Source: Schmidtea polychroa (taxonomy: Eukaryota). From it: a stretch of 64,000 nt of DNA. Positions 24,761 through 36,580 of the stretch are shown here, piece after piece. The stretch is taken from contig CM097885.1 of assembly GCA_044892525.1 (NCBI GenBank), positions 42,162,001 to 42,226,000 on the forward strand, read 5' to 3'. Position numbers and translations under genes: made by a program. A model generated the notes under the pieces. It was not told the DNA's origin. It saw only the letters and a list, made by a program, of their open reading frames with translations, and searched no databases. Each line of letters starts with the position of its first letter. The stretch's first letter is position 1.

Positions 24761-27700
24761 CAGTGCTTCTCAAACTTTCTGATGTGGCGTACCGGCAGAT
24801 GTTTTTTTTATTCGACAGGGACCGACTAGCCAATCTAGCTATCGCAAGAGGGAAATGGGAAAAAAAGCGACGACTAATAATGATGACATGAAGTCTTATT
24901 CAATTTAAGATCACTAATCATTGTCATGCAAGTCTTCCCATTGTGCCAGTAATCGGTAGCTTATTTGTGCCATTTAATTAATTGTTTATGACCCAAGAAA
25001 ATATTAATTGAACATTCGTAATAGTATTCATTTATACTGGAAACATATAATGAATGTATAATAAAAAACAAATCGACATATTCCTTTTTATTTTATTTTG
25101 ATTTTGTAAACTTGTAATTCAATTTAAGATATGAATGAAAAAAAATTAAACAAATCAAAACTAGCAAAACTATATGACACAAATTGAAGACATAATGTTA
25201 CAAATCTATCTTAATCTAAAATATGAAAATGATGATTCTATTAACACAATTCGAATAATAGAAATATCAAAACCTTAACCTTTATTAATGTGAAGGGTGA
25301 GCCTGCTTCTTATTTGTAAGCTTACTCAATCGTGGTTGAATTGAGGAGAGTGCCACTCGAATTGGGGAATGAATATCCAAACAATTCCTGTATTTGGTCT
25401 TAATGACACTCATTGTTGAGAAGCCAGTTTCGCAGAGGTAAGTTGTAGGAAAAACGAGAAGAGTTTTCAGAGCAATTTCACTAAGATTAGAATATTCTGT
25501 TTTCACTTTTATCCAAAACGAAGCGAGTGATGTCGAAGTTTCGAAAATTCTTTTCAGTCCTTCGTCAGCAGCTAGATCCAACAGGTTCTCCTCCATAAGA
25601 ACACTTCCGACAAAGTCATCTGTCAGTGGAATAAATGGATTTCTGATCCAACCATTCCCTATACGTGGATCTTCAGCTGGAAAGTAATGCTGAAAACGAT
25701 CTGCCAAATTAATCAAGTGTTCTTTTATGACTTTTCGTAACGATACAATATTAAGTTCTTCGCCTGCATCGTCGATGACTGTTGCCAATAAGTGGAACAT
25801 ATCATAACAGTCTTTTGAGACTCGACTTTTCCATGCTTCTAGCTTCCGTTTTTGTCCGTCGATCTTGTCCGCCGTTTTAAAACACGATGCCATACTCCCT
25901 TGCATGGAGATGTTAAGAACATTAAAAATGGCAAATATATCAGCTAGATAAGCCAGCTTGGCTAGCCAATTCACATCTCGGAACAATTGTGACCAATTTG
26001 GTTTTTTGTCCTCAAGAAACACCGCAAGTTCATTTCTTAGCTCAAATACTCTTGACAGAACTTTTCCCCTTGATAACCAACGTACATCGGCATGCAATAG
26101 GAGTTGTTTATGATCAGCTCCCTTATCATCACACAATGCAGTGAATAGTCTCGAATTTAAAGCATTTGCTTTTACATGGTTAACAATTTTTACAGCCTCA
26201 CTGAGTACACTATTTAGTTCCGGAGACATTTTTTTTGTTGCAAGACTTTCTCGGTGAAGGAAGCAGTGTGTTGATTTACACTCTGGGGCAAATGACTTTA
26301 TTTGGGTAACCACTCCTGAATGCTTTCCTATCATTGCGGCGGCACCATCGGTGCATACACCTACACAAAATTTGAAATCTAATGCAGATTTGTTAACGAT
26401 ATAGTCACTCACAGTCTTGAACACTTCAGAACTAGTTGTATTTTTTGGTAGTGAAACAGAGAAAAAATACTCTTCTTTCAGTTCACCTTCATGTTCATAG
26501 CGCACATACACCATCAGAACTGCCTGGTTAGCAACGTCTGTACATTCATCAAGTTGCAAAGAAAAGTATTTTGCTAATTTAATCTGTTCTATGAGCTGAT
26601 CTTCCATATCGTGTGCTAGCTCGTTAATTCGTCGAGCTATAGTATCATTTGATAGTGGAACCTTAGCCACTTTCTGTGCCGAGGGCTCACCCAGCATTTC
26701 AATGCAAACATCTTTAATACAGCCTTGCACTAGCGTTTCACAGATTGTGTATGGCTTTTTAGCTTTAGCAACTCGAAGTGCTACTTTATAAGAAACCCGT
26801 AAAGCACAAGTATTTGTGGGCGACACTTTAAAGATCTGTTTCTGACGGCTTTTTAAATCAACATGTTTTCTTGCAAAAAACTCTTTTGACTTTGAACTCA
26901 TTTCTTTATGTTTTGTATTTAAATGTCTTTTGAGGTGTGACGGCTTCATTGAGTGGTTAGCCAACACATCTCCACAAATAACACACAGCGGTTTTGGCAC
27001 TTCCCCATCATTTGTTGCCACGAAACCAAATTGAATGTAAGAGGAGTCATATTTTCGAGTGAAGACAGTACGAATTCTTTTTGAAGGCAACAAAAAGTTT
27101 CAATTACACCGTCATCTGCTTCTGAATTACTTGTGTCTTCCGCAACTAGTTGTCTTGATTTGATAAACTTGTCCATTGGGCCTCGCTTTGACATCTATAA
27201 ATTTGGGATAGAAATAATAAATATAAGTTCTATAACCCGGGTAAATGCTTAATTTATGATATTAAGTTGAAAACCGAATAACTGCAGTGCGAATGCTTTA
27301 TTTATAAACACTTATTCAAATTTATATGAAGGAATACAATTGACATTAATGTATAATCATTATATCTTGTGAGGATATTAAAACACTAAATTTATAGAAA
27401 ACATAAAAATTTGCTAAAAGTTCGAAAAAACTATTCCTTTGCCCAGATTTAATGTAACGATCATTTTATAAAATAGCTTGGAATGATTTTAATCATTCAA
27501 GCCAACTGTTTCAATTTGCCTTGTTTTGTGAAAACATGAATGGAACAAAGTGGAAGAGAAATCATGACTGATTAGACTAATTGGTACTAAAATATTATTA
27601 ATAATTACACTAATAAGGTAAATTATGTTAGAAAAACAAGATTTTTTAAACATTAAATTACATTATAAGCAGGATTAAAATTGGAATGTGGACGCCGGCT

Positions 27701-28280
27701 CACACTAATTCATTTTTTACTTCAGTTCATCGCCTTAAGACAATGAAAACTGAACAAATTAAATCTCTGTTTGCCCGCTGCTCAACGTGAAAGTTGATTA
27801 CATTAGGGGAAAAATGTTTTATCTCGACCACAGAGCTTTCCTGTTTTTAGAGATTTTTATACCCAGGGATAGGATGTGCTGCCATTGAAAAGATTATTAG
27901 TAAAGACATTTTTAGATCAGATGGTCGGGACATGGTTCCAAATGACAATCACGTTGATATCCTTGGGAACATGACTGTTTCACTTCTTGCTGATGACTTA
28001 CATTCCATGTTACATCTTGCTGCTCCACACGTGTGGATCAGGTTGTCAGATGTGTGACATAGAGTAAAATATCAGTCAAATCTTTTAATAAAGTGCAAAC
28101 AATAACTGTTTCCAATTAAATTACTACCATGCTGTATTCTTATTAGATAAATAAACAAAAAATATCAGTCACATGACCCACCTGTTTCTCATGGCATGTA
28201 ATTTTACATTTGTTTATTTTCCTTTGAAAATCTCTTCGCGTACCGGCACCGGTACGCGTACCACACTTTGAGTAGCACTG
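24761..28280 (-). mobile_element. Full-length Buster-family hAT transposon
   Basis: TIRs CAGTGCTTCTCAAA / TTTGAGTAGCACTG. Perfect 8-bp TSD CATTAGAT (24753-24760, 28281-28288) with central TA. Confidence 0.95.
25285..27194 (-). CDS. hAT transposase (ZBED5/ZBED8/Buster-like), one frameshift near 27095
   Basis: BED finger CVIC...HLNTKH, SLQLDECTD, CTDGA, HCFLH, VRWLSRG, PTTYLCETGFS. The likely start MSKRGPMDKF (27194) is in another frame. Confidence 0.92.
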
Positions 28281-28401
28281 CATTAGATCACAAGTGAGTA
28301 AATCATCAAGAGTTAACAGACAGAATACACTCATGCGTTTCATTTGAAAAATGTGAATCTTTGAACATGGATCGATTTCGTGTGACTTGGATAATGATAC
28401 A

Positions 28402-28850
28402 TTAGAACATTTCGCCCTCGGCTAACAGGGCGTCGATGTCCACCTGAAGCCGGGCATCTGCACACATGCGGGATATTTCGGTTGAAATTATCCGGAAGTC
28501 TTCCTTTAGAACAGGTGCAATTACCGTTGGAGCTTGCACCTAGACTATTTGAGCAGCGAACAGGGATGCTTCTAGAGTAGCGATCGTATCCCTCCGCTTT
28601 TGATTTTTCTCGCCCCGCGAAGGGCGTCTTCGCTTCTTGACAGATGAGATGAGGGGAGACTGGTATAAATGGGTATTGATGCGGTGACACTTTCAGTGGT
28701 TTCTGCAGGCACACTGTTCAACTTGGATGATCCCGATATAATTGGATCCTTCAACGGTGGGAAATGGCTTTCGTGCCCACTACAACTAGTCTTTTGTAAC
28801 GGTGGTTCTGCTGGGGTACTACTCGGTTGACCTAAACAATTACGACGTCT
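28402..28850 (-). pseudogene. Degenerate small ORF with basic motif and acidic C-terminus
   Basis: Manual translation: VKKRRRPSRGEKNQKRRDTIATLEASLFAAQIV*VQAP...RLQVDIDALLAEGEMF*. 5' boundary approximate. Confidence 0.3.
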
Positions 28851-29342
28851 CGTCCAAGGGATGATTGCCCATTTTATTTACTTCACCTGTCATTCCGTCA
28901 ACTCGGAGCAGAACCCTACATAATCTGTACTCCAACATAATACCCGTGAATTACTTCACGTTGGTAATGTATTATGCCGGCGAGACGCCAGAAAGCAGGT
29001 GAGCCCCTGCCTTAGGACTACTCCTTTCTGAGGCCTCGACTTCCTTTGCTCGACTGCCGATAGAAGGGCTTAAGTCTATCTGTGCCATCGCTGTCAATCA
29101 CTACACCGCATCTAAGCTGATCATAAGGCCTAGTACATCACCGAGTCTCAGAGAACTTCATCAACCAGTTGTGGAAAAAAATTCATACTAACATCGCGAA
29201 ATGAATTTACCCGAGAACGAAACGATTTATTGAATGATAAATTTACAAAAATGGATACAAACAATATATACACAGACATCTAAAATCAATTGTTGATCGC
29301 GAACGTTCGTGAAAAAAGGAGTCATGACTTAGTGGCTGATCC

Positions 29343-30076
29343 TCACTTTTCCCACTCAGTATCGGCCAAAAGTTCTTCCAAATCAAAGAACCCCGAGGCG
29401 TTTTCCTCCCAGGTAACGCCAGCGGCTGAGATGATGCGCCCTGGGATTCACGTTGTCAGATCGATTATTGGAGCAGTGCTACTCGTGGTATTAGGACCAC
29501 TTGCTGCTTGCCTCTTCTCTTTATCGGCTATGCGCTCGCGTTGCTTCTTCTTTCTTTCGGCTCTAGATATTGCCGTCGTTTGGGTTTCGAAGAAATAAGT
29601 GCAACCGGCTGCGCCGTAGAGGTGGACGCTATGGGTGGAACCACCTTGACCACTTCGGCAGACTTGGGTGATAGATCGGCTTCGACGCACTTGCGACAAG
29701 GTTTCTTGGCTGCAGATGATCGATCAAGAGGTGTATCGTGGTGGGTGGGAAAGATGTTGCCTGCTTCATGAATAGGAATGCGGACGATTTTCCGGGTGTT
29801 AGCCGCTTGAAGGTAAACCTTGTGGAGAGCCTCCGATTGCTCCTTGATTAGGCTACGTTGTGATCGGCTTTCCGAGATTAAAGCATCGCGACAGTGTTCG
29901 CTGCGGTACAATCTCTTTTGTACCTCCTTCATCTGCACTGGGCTGAACCATGTGCCTTCCAACTCGTCGATCTTTCTCTTATATCTACCGATTTGGGCTT
30001 GCAACTCCTTGATTATGGCATTTTTGTCCGCGCAAGAAAAACACGGTCTGAGAGTGGATTTAGCCGCTGGATTCAT
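29343..30076 (-). pseudogene. CxxC + coiled-coil protein with basic motif and acidic C-terminus (1 frameshift, 1 stop)
   Basis: CFSC then coiled coil, continuing in another frame as SRAERKKKQRER...DLTT*...FFDLEELLADTEWEK*. Acceptor ttgtag lies 9 nt before the ATG. AATAAA on the minus strand near 29226. Confidence 0.45.
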
Positions 30077-31453
30077 GTTTACCGACTACAACAGGAACAA
30101 AGAAGATATATTAACATGAGTTATTATAGCTACAAAAATAATAATCAGTGTCCTCGAACAAACATTTGCAAGCCGTTTCAAAATTTATGTCATTCGCCTA
30201 TACCATTTCATGAACAAAAATTATATCGGGCCGGCAAGAGAAATCCCCCCCCCCCCCAAGACGATCGACTTTACCACAAAAAATTACGACATGAAACCTA
30301 TGATATCGCACTTGGGTTTACCATAATCATTTATTAGAAACGAGTTGAACGCGTTTAAGTCAAATATAGGTGACTTTGGTAATTCTGGTAGCAATCGTAC
30401 CGATAATTGAACATTTATTTAAATTGAAAATCACGCACAGAGGGATGAATAAATTCGTAATTGAGTGAGGAAGAAATTTTAAATTAAATTCAAAATTGAA
30501 AATAAACTAAAATTTGAATCAAAATTTACAAATGAGTTACGTAATTTTCTAACATCAATTATGTCAATGTCAAAATTCTCATCCGGTTTACCTGCATGTG
30601 AGGTGTGTGTATCCCCGTTCAACAGGAACAAAACGAAGTTGAGCACGCTAGTTAACTGTCCTTGCTTACAGAGCTAATTACCAAAAACCATACTTATTAG
30701 TTATTTAACTCAAAGCATTAACCCCAAAAAATTTACTAATGTGATTTGATCACGTGTTAAATCGAGTACGACAGAACATTTTCAGCGATATTGTCGTTAG
30801 TTTAGATTAGATTGGGATCCCCTACACTACTCTGAAGTGTACTCTCGAATGCTTCGCGTAATAGAGATTAGACGGCATGGAAATTACATCATTGACTATC
30901 GTGTGTGAATGACGGTTATCGCTATGCAAAGCCTAGTGTCATGCGAATTGATTGGTGTTGGCAAAATTCTGTAGTAGTCGGAATGCGAAATTATCAGTGC
31001 ACGTATGGATATTTCATTAAGCTTGCTATCGTTCAATCATACTGAAACAATTTGGATGTTACTTTCTCATGTGTTTGCCAGTTCTATATGCCATTTCTCG
31101 ATGCCAGATATCAGACATTCTGCGCTCTTATCGGTGTATGGTGCTCATTCACAAGATGTGTTACCGTCCATAGTGACGTTGTTTTCGTGAATGGAATTTA
31201 TTAACAACAATTCTCGAAGACCTTTGATGTTCAGTAGATTTTGGAAAAAGATAATAATAATTAAATAAATAAATATTGAAGTGAAACGTTTATTTGAAAG
31301 TGGTGAACATTTATTTGAGAATTATTAAAGTGGTGATTTTATAATTGAAGCAAAGTGGAAAAATTTGTAACGATTGATTGTTGAAAAGTCAAAATTAAAA
31401 CGAAAGGTAAATTTTGTAATTGTAACACTCTGAATTTTAGACGAGTAAAGCCT

Positions 31454-32763
31454 GTGTTGACCCGATCATTTTATAAATTGAGAAGCCAAACACTAATAGA
31501 GAATTTAATGAGTACCCAAAGACTAACCAATAATACAAATAACAATGATGAAACACCTGTGTCCACGGTGGGCAACGGCAAGGAAGGCAATGATTATGCG
31601 AGTTGTCAAAAACTACCTGTGGATCAGTACGGTGGAGATCCGCTGGAATTTGTCGATTTTATGGCAGATTACTATATGTATGCGACGGCCTATGGATGGA
31701 GCCAATCGATAATGGTGCAAAGATTACCGCTATACCTGAAAGGAGCAGCCAGAGAAGCGTGGCAACAAATTGATAAAAGAATAGTAGCAAATGACTGGAC
31801 CAAATTGAAAGACGCTTTAGCCACGAAATTAATCGGAGGGGATATCAAACGGATAATGCGACAGAAATTCTATAACCGCGTACAAAAGCCAGAGGAATCG
31901 GTAAGTGAGTTTGCTTATCATTTATCAACTCTTGCAGAGAAAGCGTTCGAAGTGAAACCAGAACAGGCCGAGATGGCAAAGCAGGTAAAAGAATTATTGC
32001 AGGATCAATTCTTTTCAGGAGTAAAGAAAGAAATTAAAAAGGCTTTATGCTATGTTGATTTTAATGACTTTGATGAATTGATCAAAAAGGCAATGAAAAT
32101 TGAGCTAAATTTAAAAAGCACACAGTCAAAATCAGAGTCGTTTGCAGTCATCTCAGGCGCAAGCGAAAGATCAGTAACCCCAATTAGAAACAATCGTTTT
32201 CAACAAACAAGTAGTCCATCACCAAAATTTAGATCCAAATTTGAGTCGAACAAGTCAACAGATATTCAAATAGATGGAAAGGAAGGTCCCATCCAATGTA
32301 GTCATTGCCAAAGGATTGGACACCATGTTAACCAATGCTGGTTTAAAAATAGAATACAGAGAAGCCCAATTCCGATTCAGTGTGATAATTGCCAAAGAAT
32401 GGGACATGACAGCAATCAATGCTGGTCCAAAAATAATGTACAACGGAGTCCAAGGCAAATGTGGCCTGATTGGTTAAAAGGAAATGGTGCGAAAAGTTTC
32501 ACTAAAGCGAACATTAATGAGCAGAGAACTAATGATAACTTACAATGCTTTAATTGCGGAAGAAAAGGGCATGTGTCACGAAATTGTTTTGCCAGGTCAA
32601 GATCAAGATCAACATCACCATCACCGTAGAGAGATAAAGTAAATCTACAAGGACAAATTCAATGTCATTCATGCAGAAGTTATGGACACATGGCTAGATC
32701 ATGTCCAAGAAATATGGATAAATTCCAAAGGCCCATATTAAAGAAATCGATTAGGTTTCAGTG
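31454..32763 (+). CDS. gag: Gypsy-type Gag with four CCHC zinc knuckles (premature TAG at 32627)
   Basis: Retrotransposon Gag core (LPLYLKGAAREAW, QKPEESVSEF). Knuckles CSHCQRIGHHVNQC, CDNCQRMGHDSNQC, CFNCGRKGHVSRNC and, past the stop, CHSCRSYGHMARSC. Confidence 0.92.
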
Positions 32764-32774
32764 ACAAACCGCAG

Positions 32775-35700
32775 ATGGATAATGTAGCTTTTATTCAGCC
32801 AGATAATTTTAATGAAAGAATTGAAAGCGAAGTGAGAGAAATGGGTCGACGTTTGGATCGATTGATGTCAAAGTTTGAATCAGAAGAGGACTACAATAAT
32901 CACATGATGTATGAGTCGCAAGAGGAATTGAATGAAAAAGAGTCGAAAAGGAGAGTTATAAAAGATGATTTAGAAAGTGAAAAAGCAACAATGATAATGA
33001 CCAGAATCGAAAAACTAATTGGAAATAATGAAATAGAGTCGGCTAAAGTGATCAAATCGTTGAGAGAATTAAGTCAAATATCTTTGAGTATGAGAAAGAA
33101 AAAGTGTAATTAGTTTGTGCGTTAACTACTATAATATGAATCCAAAGTATAAAGAAGAAATTAAAGAATTAATGAAAATATTTGGAAAAGCTTTGAGAGA
33201 GAAAACTGGGTTAGATTCCATCTTGGTGGAAGTAGTAAACGAGATTGATAAAAGTGTATTATGTTGTCGTTGTGAGGCAAATGATTGTGTAAATGATTTA
33301 AAGAATAAATTAAAAGAAAAAAGGAAGGATGCATGATAGAGTTGAGATTTAATGAGAGATTGTTAGAAAATGACGAATTTTTGGTAGATTGTGGATTTAT
33401 ACCAGGGAGTACAAATGAATTAAAAATGGAAAATGTAATTACTAGTGATGAAATAATGAGTAGTAAAATAATAGGCAAAAGGAATTCAAGGGAGATATTA
33501 GAGGAATTAAATGATGCGTTATATATTGGAGATGAAGATGAAATCAATGAGAAGTTACAGATTATTGAGAAATTAGAAATGGAGGAAAACGATAAACTAA
33601 AAATAGTGAATGCAATACGACCATATTTACATGTGAAAACCAGATATGCCAAGTTATTAAGAAGTTTATTGCAAAGATTGGGCAAGGAGCTCAGAAAGGC
33701 AAGAGTAGAGTTAAAGCCATTTTTGATAGCATTAGATTATGAGGGATATGGCAAAACGGAATATGTAGACGAACATTGGTGTGCAAAGGTCCGAAAATTG
33801 CGGAAGAGAGCGGCTGAAACGCTGGGAAAAGATGGAATTATTATAGTAATGTACAAAGGTGAAGAACTTGACCATGATGAATACCTATATGATTGTGGGT
33901 GTGTACCACAAGAGCTGGATGAAAACGGATATTTGATCCGAGACAGACGAGTGGGATATTTAGTGAACCATATAGTCGTAGTAAAAGGAGTGAGTTTAGA
34001 AGTAAATATTGAGTCTAACAAGCCTGACACAGAGGAGCAAGAGGAAAAAGTTAAGGGAAATAAAGAAATTAATGAAATCGTTAGTGATAATAAGCAAAAA
34101 GGTCCTGATAACAAAGATCAGTCCACAGAACCAGACGTACAAGGAGAGCCACTTGTACCTGAAGGCGAAATAAATGGTGAAATCAAAAATAAGAAAGTTA
34201 GAACTTTATATGAAATAAAGAAATATTTAGTGAGGCTAGAACAGGACGTCGACGAAACTAAGAAAATGTTGAAACATCTCGTTAAAGCAGTATATCCAAT
34301 GTTCGACATAGAAGTAGAGGTAGATGATGAACTGAAAGAAATAGTTAAAGAGATGAAGAATAGGCTTCCTGAAGTGATGCAGAAATTTGGCGAAGAGAAT
34401 ACATTTTGCGAGAGATCAGTAATTGAAAATTTGGCAAAAAATGAAATTAATAAGGAAGTTATAATATTAGCTTTAACTTATGTTGTTTTAGAAATTGGAA
34501 CGCATACGTTCGCAAGGTCAGACAAGTTAGAAAATTTGATAGACATCGCTGCCCGGCTAGTAAACGAATATTTAATGAGCTGGGTAAACGAAAAAGGTGG
34601 TTGGAAAACACTGTGTTCATCTCTAACAGAAAAGAAAAATAAGAAGCAAGAAATGAGTCCACCCCAAAGACGAGTAAATGAAAGAGTTAAGCCAGAACTA
34701 AGAAAAACTATGATATTTCCATGGGCGATGTTTATGGTGATTACGTTTTGTGCAATAATTACACAGACATCATCTTTAGTTGCGTACGATTGTTCCCAAA
34801 CTGAAATGGGAAAAGTTTATTCGGTAGTAGATATGTCGGAGTGCCCAGGTGCGTATCCGAGCAGTTTAAAAATAGAAAATGACGTAAAATATTATGTGTA
34901 TCAGGAATCTGATCTGCGAAGAACTCAAGTGAGAGAGTGTATTGTCAAACATACAACATTTGTATTCTATTGTGGTAAATGGAGCCATACGTCACTCATA
35001 AAAATGCATGCGATACCTAGGCCAGTCGAGGTGCTTCCAGAAAACTGTCTAGCAGCATTTCAAACAGGAGAATTAAAAATAAGTCCAGAAATTCGTTTAA
35101 AGGCAAAATTGAACCATAGAATACGAGAAACAATAATTGTAAAGGGAGTTATGAAAGCAAATGGCGACTGTGAAGGTGAACCATATAAAATGAACGGTAA
35201 AATTATTCAGCAAACAGTGGTGCTAGAAGAATATCTCACGGAGTTGAGAGAGTTCGAAGGAGCTTTCGATGATGATACGGGAAAATTACAAACTCATCCA
35301 TTCTGTAATATGAAACCAACACATTGTCAAACAGGGGAATCGATTCTTGTTTATAATGTAGAAACAAATAAGTGTAATTTAGCGCACTTAAAAACTATGA
35401 ACTTTAAAGAGCTAGTAGGAGAACAGTTTAGAGATAAACCAGATAATTTCAATATGAATTATAGACCAAATAATACCATTAAATCAACCCCAGTATGAAC
35501 AAAGCAAATGGGAACAGTTTTAATGTCTACGTTACCAGCAGATGGAATGCGATTTATAAAAAAGGAAATCACAAATAAATGTGGTCGAATGGTATATGTA
35601 ACAAATTATAAAGGTGTTTACGTGTCTAGAAATGTTGTGGAAGAAGCAAAAATTAAAATTCACAGAGATGACATTAAACTTACTCATTATTTTAATAATA

Positions 35701-35888
35701 AAATTGATTATTTGTTTCATTTTAGTCAAAACATCATAGAAAATGCATATAGAGAAATGATTCTGAACGATTGTAAGTTGAATAAAGAGATTCTCCGAAA
35801 TCGGATGGCGATGGCAATTACGAATCCAAATTTAGTAGCACCTATGCTAATATCAGAAAATGGTTGCATATTTTCTAAATCTATTTAA
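32775..35888 (+). pseudogene. Retroelement ORF2: helical region, two UBL domains, Bcl-2-like domain, signal peptide, chuvirus-like glycoprotein N-half; truncated at ~35.87 kb
   Basis: ORFs 32775, 33333 and 35508 share a frame, and 33115-33336 is bracketed by compensating frameshifts. Motifs LMSWVNEKGGWKTL, MIFPWAMFMVITFCAIITQTSS|LVAYDC, FYCGKWSH, GDCEG. Confidence 0.75.
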
Positions 35889-36297
35889 AATGAATGTTGT
35901 TTTCTGTGAAATATTTCCTGAATTAAAAAAAAATTATGAAGGAGAAATAAAATTTCTTACCTATTAATGAAAGAAAAACAGCCAATCAGGAGCCATTTAA
36001 GGCACCAAAATTATTGGCTAGAACAGCTAAATTCCAAATCTCGCAGGCAAATTGAATTACTAATAATTAATTTGATGGAGTTTCTTTAAATTGTAGGGAA
36101 TACTAGATGACACATCAAATTCAATTTTTGGTGGGAAGTTTTATTATTAGCTGACTTCTCTTGTGATTAAAGCAATGCACGAAACTATAACATTCAAGTT
36201 ATAATTCAATTTTCTATAATTGCCAATGGAAATTAACATCTAAAAAATTCTTTCGCTGGTTCAGATAAGATTGAGAATTTAACGAAAATACTAATCT

Positions 36298-36339
36298 CCC
36301 TAAATTAGTTTGCCAATCTAGGAAAATAGATTTTTCCGA

Positions 36340-36389
<50 letters not shown>

Positions 36390-36438
36390 CAGGAAAATTA
36401 AATTAGTTTGCCAATCTAGGAAAATAGATTTTTTCCGA

Positions 36439-36488
<50 letters not shown>

Positions 36489-36536
36489 CAGGAAAATTAA
36501 ATTAGTTTGCCAATCTAGGAAAATAGATTTTTCCGA

Positions 36537-36579
<43 letters not shown>
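36298..36579. repeat. Three tandem units, each a ~40-50 bp core plus a variable (ATT)n tract
   Basis: TAAATTAGTTTGCCAATCTAGGAAAATAGATTTTTCCGAA followed by (TTA)n, three times. Confidence 0.9.

Positions 36580-36580
<1 letters not shown>

Noticed and set aside
30400..31450. 5' LTR or PBS for the gag at 31454
   Set aside because: No TG...CA repeat matching another LTR and no convincing tRNA-complementary site found.
33500..33700. BH3-like motifs LYIGDE and LQRLGKEL in ORF2
   Set aside because: Spacing or the key Asp does not fit LxxxGD, and short matches are expected in helical sequence.
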